Of a DNA stretch of 64,000 bases, positions 53,377 through 64,000 are shown piece by piece. The position numbers and the translations under genes were made by a program. Source of the stretch: Chrysomallon squamiferum. Its lineage: Eukaryota > Animalia > Mollusca. A model generated the notes under the pieces. The model was not told the DNA's origin, ran no database searches, and saw only the letters and a program-made list of their open reading frames with translations. The stretch spans positions 11,842,001 to 11,906,000 of the forward strand of contig CM022670.1 of the NCBI GenBank assembly GCA_012295275.1, given 5' to 3'. Each line of letters starts with the position of its first letter. Positions within the stretch are counted from its first letter, which is position 1.

Positions 53377-53839
53377 ACGTTATATAATGTATGTATGTGT
53401 GTGTATTTAGATATGAATATTCTCTTATGTATGTATGTATGTATTTATGTAGTGAGTGTGTGTTTGTATGTATGGTATATACGTATCTATTTAAATATAA
53501 ATATGTATATATATGCATGTATGTACATAATTTACATATGTATGTACATTTGTTTGTGTTCACACTCTATTACTTGCACTATTTCAATGAAATGCCTATT
53601 ACTGCAGCTATCAGTGACGTAGTCTGACAGTAAGTGTGTGCACTCGTGTGAACTGTATTGTGTGAGGTGAGGGCTGACAGTCGCGCAGGTAAAACTGATG
53701 ATGAAATAAAGTGTGATTATATTACTCCTGTTTACTCTTCATATATACATTAGCGTATCCATATGTTAATTTACATATAAACACATACACACATACATGT
53801 ATATATATATATTTTTGTTCGTGCATATGTTATATATAA

Positions 53840-53849
53840 ATAGACACAT

Positions 53850-53885
<36 letters not shown>

Positions 53886-53891
53886 GTATGT

Positions 53892-53922
<31 letters not shown>

Positions 53923-53929
53923 ATATATG

Positions 53930-53985
<56 letters not shown>

Positions 53986-53990
53986 CACAC
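53840..53990. repeat. Compound (CA)n/(TA)n microsatellite
   Basis: Direct inspection. Confidence 0.9.
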
Positions 53991-56139
53991 ATTATATTTG
54001 CATATTTGTATAAAGAATGTAATTTCTTATTCATATATGTGTATATATGCTTATGTGTGTATAGAGGCATATGTAAATTTACACTTACGAGGTTAGTAAC
54101 ACAAGCTGGTTGCTTTATTTCATTATCTTTAAGTTGTTAATAAACGCAGACACTAAATGTCACCGTCTGCGTCATCAAAACTGTTATGACAGCTAATTGT
54201 CTGTTTTAAGCGTTGTGTGTCAAACTAACTTTCAAATTTTACATCTTTTGACATCTTTAGACGTTGGTCTTGGAAAATATGTAGCCTCTGTCTAAATGTG
54301 GGTCTCATTTATGTAAGGCTTAATACGCTTAAAATATCCTAGGTACATTTTTATTCTTTAAGTAATTGTTTTGTTAGTCTCTAAAAACCAACCTTTACTA
54401 ACAATAAAGTACGACAGTGTAATTACAGACTGAGGACATACGCGCGGTAACCTTTTAATCCGTGAGGTTATTAAGTAAGTACAGCGAAATATTAGAAATG
54501 AAACAGAGATCAAATAGAAATTTAAATCCTGAAACATTTGTTAGCATGGCAGTTTTGTCACAGACTGTTCGTTCTCGTTTGCTTCTTTATCTCAAAATAA
54601 TTAATAAACTGTTTTTCTTCATTCTGAAATGATTGCTCCATGTTATCGTCACCTCTTTCTATGTCCACGCGTGCTGCTTACGAACACGGACACTGTATAT
54701 CTTTTATGGGTTTTAAATTACAACAGAAGTACACATTTTTTTTTTTTGCCTGGACCGTGCATCGTTCTACTGCTGCTTTACGTTTCTGATACAAATGGAG
54801 GGAGAAGTTGTCACACAATGCTTGCTGTGTCTACGCCTACGCGAAGCTGACGATGCGAGTTTCTGAAACGCGGAAACATCTGTGTGGAATTAGGTGACAA
54901 GTGTGACGTCGTGAACAACGGGCCGTTTATTTCGTTATTTTGCGATCACCTTTCCAAACGTTCCAGAGGGCACATTTCGATTTGGTCCACGCTGGTGTAC
55001 AATTTCAAAATGGGATATATCGTTGAAATTTGTCCTTCGGCAGTACTTTGATTCAGATCCATGTTCAAGATAACGGTTTCCGCTTTTGACATATTTATTT
55101 TTGAATTTATTTATTTTATTATTATTTTTTTTTTTTATCATATACTCAATGAATGAACAACTAAGCCTTTAAACTACATCAGTACCCTCTCAGTATTCCC
55201 ACTGGGCTGTTTCCCGTTCCAGTCAGAGTCCCATTACACTGTCATCAAAGACTATGGTATATGATTAACTAGCTGCTGGCTGTAAAAGAGTAGGTTATAA
55301 AAGAACGCTAGCTGCTGAACGAAACAGAGACACTGACGGTGAAAGGAAATCTTCTTCTTTTTTTTTTTCCCCCGTTCACGAAACATAACTTCATTGTATT
55401 ATTAAACTGTGGAGAAATGGTGTTTACAGTGCACATTCATTGTTTTCACTGTGACTTCTGAGAAGGCACTTAAACCACTTAAATAAGAAATAAGTCAAAA
55501 ATATTGTTTTACAAACACGTTTGTCGGATTCAAGTAGCTAAGTACTAATTTTAACCTAAGACATTTCTCTGCTTGTTAGCCGGTTATCACGTGATCAAAT
55601 AATGGGTGACAAAATGTATTAAGGAGATTAATGCGGATGTTATTCAGATAGGCTCTGCCCAAGGCTGTCGGGCATATAAATAAACATAATAAAACCGAAT
55701 AATTTACAAAATCGCTAGAAAATAAAGAATTATTCATAAAAATGCTATATATTTAGCGCGAGAAAATAAATAAAAAGAGATAAAGTCAGAATGAATGAAA
55801 GGACAGATAAAAAGTGAGAGAGAGGCCGATAGAAAGGGGAGAAAAATTAAACAGAATGAAAGAAGAATTTATAGAAAGAAGCAATAATAATGGGGAAAAA
55901 AAATTAAAAAAACGTATGAAAGATCTGAATAGACTAAAACGAAATGTAAAGGAAGAAAACAAATTATAGTTATTAATATTTAAATGATTAAAAATTAGAT
56001 AAATTAAAATGTAGATAAAAAAAAAAACAATAGAACTGTTACTTAGGGAGAGAAGGTTATAAACATCTCTTGTTTCTCATTTCCTTTATTTTTACCAAAT
56101 TTATTTTTATTTAGTTATTTATTTTATTATTTGTTTATT

Positions 56140-56285
56140 TAGTTAGTTAGTTATCTGGTTATTTTTTTAAATTATCCCTCTGGAAATATGAACAACCAGT
56201 ATAAATATATTCTGAATTCTATAAAAATGCAAATGTCAGTCAGTCACGTAGACTGTGACGTCACGATTCTTGTTGTAAAGTTATA
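56140..56285 (+). repeat. ~150-bp dispersed element with a TGACGTCA core, shared with the array spacers
   Basis: TAGTTAGTTATCTGGTTAT…CTGGAAATATG…ATATTCTGAATTCTATAAAAATGCAAATGTCAG…GTGACGTCACGATTCTTGTTGTAAAGTTATA matches 16880-17030 and others. Confidence 0.8.
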
Positions 56286-57014
56286 CATACATAACTAAAA
56301 TAAATAAATAAATACACACACACTCTGGTTTTGTGCAAACTGAGTCATTGTGCCATAAATTATAAATCTGAAGAAAAAAATAAATAAATAAGAATAAAAA
56401 AATGTATATATTTATAAATAAAAGTAAAGTAAAATATTATGGAGTTAAGCTGTTATCATGCCAAACTGCCAATAACAAAAACATAAATCGCCATTATACT
56501 GCATAAATAACGCCAACGCAAAGACTGAACAAAAAAAAAAAAAAAAATAAACCCGTCCGTTTTCCCAAAATGTCTGGAACAAAAAAAAAATAAATAAATA
56601 AAAAAAAAAAAAAAAAAATAAAATAATAAAAAAAAAAAAAAAAAATCCTTTCAAATCATATGTAATTACAAAGAAACCAAGAAATGATAAATTATCAAGC
56701 ATGCGTCAAATAAGACAATGCAACGTTGTTTCAGTTATAAATGTATTTGGAAATTGTTTGTTTGTATAGAGCATGTCGTACTTGTTCGGTTCTTTGCGTT
56801 ATTTCATAGTGACTCATGTAATATACTGATACCCTGCCATGACTAACTTACGTCTGCGATTGAACTGTTCTAATGACACTGCTCTGTCGACCTTGCAACG
56901 TTTATTTTATTTTATTTTATTTGATAATGAATTTCTCCATAACAAACTATTGTATTTTTTCCTTAGATTAAATTAAAATTTGCTTGTTAAAGTTCTATTT
57001 TATTTTTATGTTTT

Positions 57015-57020
<6 letters not shown>

Positions 57021-57106
<86 letters not shown>
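57021..57106. repeat. (CT)n microsatellite
   Basis: Pure run. Confidence 0.95.
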
Positions 57107-57109
<3 letters not shown>

Positions 57110-58707
57110 CCCCAAAAAAAAATTAAGCAGAAAAACTACGCAAAAATTTTGTAACAATTTTTAATATTTGAAGTACATATAGTTTACATGTTTATATTTT
57201 AAATAAAATAATGTACACTTAAAATTATTACTTTTACTGAATAGTCATTTCTGAAAGGCATTTTAGAAATTGTAATATACAACATGTGCAAGTTCTGTTG
57301 TTTATTATATAATTGTATAAACCGTGTAATTGTCCACGCTGATTCCATTATGTTGCGTAATACATGTGTTATATATATATATGAAAATGCATGTGCTGAT
57401 GTATTTAATTTGTTTTAAAATTACTTGTAATCTGAAGTCATAAATGCTGTCGGTGAGAAGAAATTTACCGCTATGAAATATAAATATATAAAGAAACAGA
57501 AATACATTTTTTTTTTTTTTTTTTTTTTTTTTTGACACAAGAATAAATCTTTAAAAAATGAATATTGTTATTTCTATTTTATTCTAAGTTGTTTTTGTTC
57601 GTTTTTGATACAAGCTTTAAAATACTGTTTCTACAAATAAATATAGCTGAATCAGCGTTTTTTTTAAAATGTGCTTCGAAAATCACTCTTTCTATTCAAA
57701 AAGAAATAAAAGAAATAAATAAATAAAATAAATAAATAAATAAAATAAATAAATAAATAAATAAATAAAAATATAAATAAATAAATAAATAAATAAGAAA
57801 AAAAAAAGAAAATTACAAAGATGTCTGCAGTTTTCAAAACAGTTAACGTTTTCTTTCTTTTTTTTTTCATTCTGTGATAATTATTAACAGTAAGTGTCAT
57901 TCATTTTGCGTTGGGTGAAGTAATACTTATGTACGACGTTACGTTTGAAACAAATCACACAAAGAGAGATGTAAACGTGTGTTTGCTCAGATCGTGAATT
58001 TCAATCACTTATTTTGTGACGCGTTTTAGCGCTTCGGTGTGATTTTCAGCGCTGTTTTCAGTTCTTCCCTCCGAGACGTTGAATCCAAACGCGACATTCA
58101 AACAGTCAGCCACGCGCTAGAACGTCTTAAACAAACACTGGATAAGCATTTTACAGCAGACGATAACATTTCAAACATTTCTTCTTTTTTTTTTTTTTTT
58201 TTTATTTCTTTAATTGATAAACTTAACCAACTAAACTGCTAGCCTAAAGTGGTATGTTTGAAATGCGTTCACGTCAATGAAGACGCTAGGAGATGTGTAG
58301 TTGACGTTGAATGCGAACAAAAGATGCTGTGTTTGTCGTGTACGTAGACATTTTGTGATAAGGTCTGTCGGAATCTCGGCTGGACAAACTTGCTGGATAA
58401 GCAGATGTCACCTGTCCGATGTCAAACCTTTTACCGAAAATAGATGAAATTAGCGTAGTGGTCGGAAATACGTTTGGTGCGAAAACAAGCAAGCACGGTT
58501 TAGTAATTAATGAATTTCAAGGGTGTAATATAGAGATAATGTTTGTTCTTTCGGTCAGTGGGGAAAAGATCAAAAGTAACTTAAATCTGCCCTCGATGGC
58601 TGTAAAGATGTTTTCATTAATTATATAAAAGATTTTTGTACATTTTGATTTCTGTTCCATCTGTGCGGTGTTAAAAGCAATGTGTGTCCACCAAAGATTT
58701 TTGTACA

Positions 58708-58709
<2 letters not shown>

Positions 58710-58773
<64 letters not shown>
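58710..58773. repeat. (GT)n microsatellite
   Basis: Pure run. Confidence 0.95.
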
Positions 58774-58777
<4 letters not shown>

Positions 58778-58926
58778 CGTAATATGCGCGTACATATTAA
58801 AATATTTTATTTTATTTTATAAGTTACATTAAACAAATTATTTTTGAGATGAATCAATTAATTACGTGAACAACCATAGAACATACATACAGCCTGTCAT
58901 GGCGGGGTGACTGTCCTTTCCGTCTG

Positions 58927-58957
<31 letters not shown>

Positions 58958-61900
58958 GGACAGCATAAAAATCTGTCACTTGTTGTTTATCGACTTAAAC
59001 TGGTAATTTACCGCTGGCAGTTCCAAACAATGACCAGTCGTAATAAAAACCTCTCTGACAATGTTTACGTGTTAACGGTCACTTTTGTTCACATCTCAGG
59101 TCGTTTTTATCTTGTTTTATTTACGTGTGCCAAGAAGGCCGATGTGTCTCTGTAGTAACTGATAGCCATTACTCAGCTATGATAATTTGTACACAAGCTA
59201 GTGGTAATTCAGCCGTGAACATCGATTTATGAGCTTACGTTAGTGAAAACAGAAACTTTTTTTTATGTTTACTTTATCCTTAATACATGGAAATGTTTTT
59301 TTTTTTTTTTTGTAATGATTGTTCGTTTTCTATAGCATTTATTTTTTCTTATTTTAATTATTTAGATGGTTAGCTTGTGTCTGTTGACTGACGCTATTCA
59401 TATAATCATTACTAGTATTAATGCCATTTCAGAATAAATGCTTAACTGAATCTGCTGATATGATTGGCCTTACTCCTGAAATTTTTATTTTTGCTGGTTC
59501 ATCTTTTTTTTTCTTTTAACAAATGGGAGTTTACTTCAGAATCGACTTACTGTCTTAGAGCTAGTAAAGGCTATAATGTAATAATAATTAAGACGACTTG
59601 TTGAGTATATTTTCCTCCTGAGAGCAGGGCTTAGAGAACTTTACTATGGCGTGTATTAGGAAAACATAAACAAAAACTGGTTGTGTAATGAAAAGCGTCT
59701 GTTTAATTTAAAATATTGTATTTGTTTCTTTTTAACCTGATAAACATTTGACTAAACACTTAATGTATTTCATCAACAAAGACTCGCACATTTATAATGC
59801 AGTCATTTTGATATTGTTTCTGAGATTTATGCAAATTAGAATGATCTATCATGTGCAGAAATGTTTTTATTAGAATCTACAAACAATAAAAGATAGGATT
59901 AGATGTTCAAATGAGATCTATATACTGATCTGTTCCAGAAAAGCTGTCACCCAGTTGAATCCAATGGTGGCCATTTTAAAAATGGCGATTCGTTATGATC
60001 GGTCCATCCTTGTTCTAGAAATATCAACACTGTCAAAACTGCTAAAAGTATTTTAATCACTCCATACAAGACTATATGGGATTACATACTTCCCGGACTA
60101 AATAGTAGTATTTAAAAAAACTGCAAGTTTGGTAAAGTGAATGAAAATGGAGCAGGAGCTGAATTTCACTTGGATAAGATTTAAGAAATGACTTTTTAAA
60201 AGATGTTTCACAGCCAGTTTCTACCTAGCAAAAGTCAAACCAAAGAGGAGACTGAATGCGGACATTTGTACTGAGTAACTATGCTTTTATTTACATGTAT
60301 GTAGTATATTTTGAATCAGGTTTCAAAGATGTCAGGCTTAATTTTTACAACTAACACTAATTAAACACACTCATTCCATCATCAGTTCCGACATTATTTC
60401 AAAGGAATTGCCGCAAGCGCAGAAAAAAAGGAATAAATAAACTACTAAATAAACAATCACAACTCAGAATCCTACTTCTAAATCATAACAGCAATTGAGA
60501 AACTAAAGTCACATGACAGTAGATTTTTCACTTTTTCAGGGCAACAAAATAAATAAACCAAACGCATAAATTTTCACAGATTTTATGCTGAATGCCTTTA
60601 ACACACAGCCTGTAATTAATATTTTGCCGATAAGTGAAATGCCTAAATAATCTTTGATGATTTATTAACAAACGTTGAGGCACAAATCAGATAATGTACA
60701 GGTAAACGGCTCAGATATCATTTGAACCCAAATTTAATCAGTTAAATTGCAATTTTATATCGTTAAATCGAAATGCTACGAAAAAGAACAATCATTATGC
60801 TTACAAACTAAAACTTTCAATCAAAATTTAGGAAGTTCTGACTGCGGAGAATCGGCATGATTAGTCACTTTCTGGCACGAACTGGCTTCAGTGGCCAGAA
60901 TTTACTGCGTTTGGTTAATAAAAAGAAATACGAAGAAAAACATCATTAACAGAAAGCCTCTATCCTAATCAATGAGAGATTTCTGTACGTGAATTAAGCT
61001 ATACGAGATAACGTCATAAAAAAAAAAAAAAAAAAAAAAAAGCAAATCAAAACAAAAACAAAAACGTCAGAAAAATGCCGTGTATCTCGCATCTTCGCAA
61101 ACTTATTATTCCTTTGTTTTCACTTATTATCAGCAAACAAACGACGCTAGAAATAATCGAGGCAATCATTTATAAAAAAAATAAACCATTTTTATTTATT
61201 TCATTTGACCGTATTCTGCGACGGCCACACTTTAATTACGAACCAATAAATAACGATAACTGATCAACTTTGCGGCTGTAACAGGTGTTCAGTTGAGCCC
61301 ACGCAGTGTCAAATCGTGATACGAGGCACTTAACAGGGCTGTACAGTCTGAGAAGGTAAGAAAAAGTAAAACTGCTGCACACAGATAAAACAAAATGTCA
61401 AGAGTCTGGTGTGCTGGGGGTGTTTTTCTGTGCTGTGTTTTCGAGAGCGTGTGAAAATGTCAGAAGATTGTAAGACAAATGTTGCTCACAATGTGCTGCT
61501 TTATTCGTGATTCTGCGTGCAAAATCGCTCCCGACTCTTCATGTGCTGTAGAAATAATCTGAAATATTTTAAGATATCTAAAACATCTCTTCTGTTCTGA
61601 CCTCTGATCTGACCACACCCCACAATTTTTTTTTTTTTTTTTTTTTTTTTTTATTTTTATTCAAACTTCTTTTGGTTTTGTTAATCAGATTTCGTTTTAA
61701 AAATTAAATAATAATATAAGGAAATAAACAGGACAAGCTTGTACACAGACAAACACACAGACATTCACATGAATCCATTCTCACATTCTTCTCTGTATTA
61801 GAAACAAAGGACAACATTAACATTTACATTTATATAATTTAGTATTTTATTTTTTAATTTATTTATTATTATTAATATTATTTTTAAAATTTTTATTTAT

Positions 61901-62446
61901 TATTATTAGTTATTATTATTATTTTATTTTTAATTTTTTTTTTATTGTTGGATGAAATAATTCTGATTTATCGAATTCAGAATACCTCAGTCAAAAATAC
62001 AAAAAGAAATAATCGTTGATCCAGCATTCCTCCACGACTACAAATAAATAAATAAAAGATAATAATATTAAAAAAAAAAAAACAAAAATAAATAGAAATA
62101 TAAACAACATACACATAAGTGATACTAATTAAAAAAGGATTAAATATTTAGTATAACTGCCATCAAAAACAGCAAGAATAACAACAAAATCTTAGTAGTA
62201 ATAGTAGTGGTAGAAGTAGTACTTGTAGTAATAGTAGTGGTAGAAGTAGTACTTGTAGTAATAGTAGTGGCAATAGTAGACGTAGTAGTAAAAAGAAATA
62301 AGAAGAAAATATATGTTCTCATTCACACCTTAATAATATTCAGGTGTTGTTATTGTTATCATTAGGAAAAGAAAGAATAATAAAGAACTAAAAAAACAAT
62401 ATAAAAACTGTGGCACGTGTTTTTAATTTCACAGAAAATTAACAAT

Positions 62447-62628
62447 CACTGGCGTAGCGTGGGCGTCGTCACGTGGGGGGGAGGTTGCCCTTGGCGCAGA
62501 ATTCTTAGGTTCACTGCTGGATTATTGGAAGGAGCTCGGGGAAGACTAATTTCCATGGGTTAAGTGGGGGGGGGGCGAAATACATTTGCCCTTGCCCCGG
62601 GGTGCTGACAACCAACGATACGCCTCTT
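62447..62628. mobile_element. Possible MITE-like non-autonomous DNA element
   Basis: GC-rich ~180-bp island in AT-rich DNA with imperfect terminal inverted repeats CACTGGCGTAGCGT … ACGATACGCCTCTT. No clear target-site duplication. Confidence 0.4.
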
Positions 62629-63295
62629 ATCAGTTTTTCTTTTTCTTCTTCATAATGCCTTTTTAACAAAGAAACCAGTGAAACAATTATGCAAGGTAAT
62701 CAGTACACGGTTTTAGTTTTCTCCAAGAAGGAGAAATTAGGAAACAAAATACACTAATCACCTGCGCACCAGTGACGCTGTTTTGTGTGCAGTTTATTTT
62801 TAGATGAGTCAGCAGTTCATACAATACAGCAGGCTTCAAAACCGTAATGGATATGAGGTAATTTTTATATAAAAAAAAAATTCTTCTGTTATTGCTATTC
62901 CTTCTGTGCTTCTGTTCTGCTGGTGATAATGGAAGTCGTAGCAATTATTGTCGTATTGTATTAATAATTGTAGTAATAGTAGTAGTAATGGCGGTGGTGG
63001 TGGTAGACACAGGAAAAGCACCAACAGCGGTGGCAGTGGTCTTTTGAACGAGCAATTAGACCATTGAATAACGAGTGAAATCCGCAAGTGAGCAAAACCA
63101 CTGAATTACCTTTTTCTACACAATTCAGGTTTTCATCTCTGCGATGAACATAGGTCAGAACGGGAAATTGCTCATTAGGTCATCGAATGGAACCTTATCA
63201 CCTGAAACCGTCGGGAACAAACGTTGCTATGGTCACGCTAGGTCCGGCCACGAAAGCCTGAATCTCGGTCGTGTTTTGTTAACAGGCGTGGGACG

Positions 63296-63326
<31 letters not shown>

Positions 63327-63901
63327 CGTTATTTAACTTCGTTACATTCCGGGCCCGTGTAGTTCAGTCGTACGTGCTTGGCGTTCTCAACGTAATTTGA
63401 ACAAACACGTGTAAGCAAGAAAATCCACATTTACACGCAGAGACACGGGTCTGTGGGTAGAGGTGTGCGAGGTAACTGGAGAATGCATCGTGACGATGTA
63501 TAACGTTCAACATTAATTCCTTTAATACGATCTTTGTGAAAACACAGATGTATATATAAACTACAAGTTAATATTTTCTTATATATATTTTTTTTCTTCT
63601 CCTCCTCATTCTGATTCTTCTTCTTTTTCTTCTTCTTCTTCTCTCTCTCTCTGCTTATTTTCATTTATAGAAACTGTTCAGAATCTCTGCTTTATTTAGT
63701 CTCTGGGGCTAATCAAACAGTACGAATGTACAAACATGATGTCACACCTGTTTATGAAATGTGGACGGCACCTGCAAGATACCGCGAGTAGAGAGTACTG
63801 TTTGTTTTATTCCCTACACAATAAAAAGTAAAGTATTTTTCACATGCTGTGCGCCCGTTTGTGTGTGTGTGTTTTTTTTGACTTGTGTGAGATAAAAAGA
63901 G

Positions 63902-63904
<3 letters not shown>

Positions 63905-64000
<96 letters not shown>
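63905..64000. repeat. (GA)n microsatellite running off the window
   Basis: Pure run. Confidence 0.95.

Noticed and set aside
55198-55265. Possible degenerate SINE core fragment (GGGCTGTTTCCCGTTCCAG…CAAAGACTATGGTAT)
   Set aside because: Too short and diverged, with no A/B boxes, tail or target-site duplication; cannot be supported without a repeat library.
62194-62290. 30-bp GTA-rich tandem repeat giving a Thr-rich minus-strand ORF
   Set aside because: Simple (GTA)n-derived repeat with no exon signals.

Overview
Eukaryotic, AT-rich, microsatellite-rich animal DNA with GT-AG introns; an invertebrate and plausibly a mollusc (inference only). Bases 1-46.3 kb are a plus-strand tandem array of one gene family. 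The full-length 'A' genes have two exons and a phase-0 intron. They encode signal peptide + 8-Cys N-terminal module + S/T linker + stanniocalcin-like Cys domain + an R-F-K-R or R-F-K-T site + a ~110-aa domain + a hydrophobic, GPI-signal-like C-terminus. Four A genes are intact (A1, A3, A4, A6), two are frameshifted (A2, A5) and three are fragments. They alternate with seven 5'-truncated 'B' pseudogenes carrying a 33-bp KR/N-glycosylation-sequon repeat. The array ends with a divergent, intact 190-aa secreted paralog 'D' that has only the stanniocalcin-like domain. Collapsed relics of D lie in six spacers, each just upstream of a B copy, and also occur inverted. The A copies are mosaics: promoter/intron type, N-terminal variant, furin site and tail type assort almost independently. 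From 51 kb: the first coding exon of a TINAGL1/Swim-like (somatomedin-B) gene, then an apparent long intron with a two-variant 19-bp minisatellite and dispersed repeats. Family assignments come from recalled motifs, not database searches.
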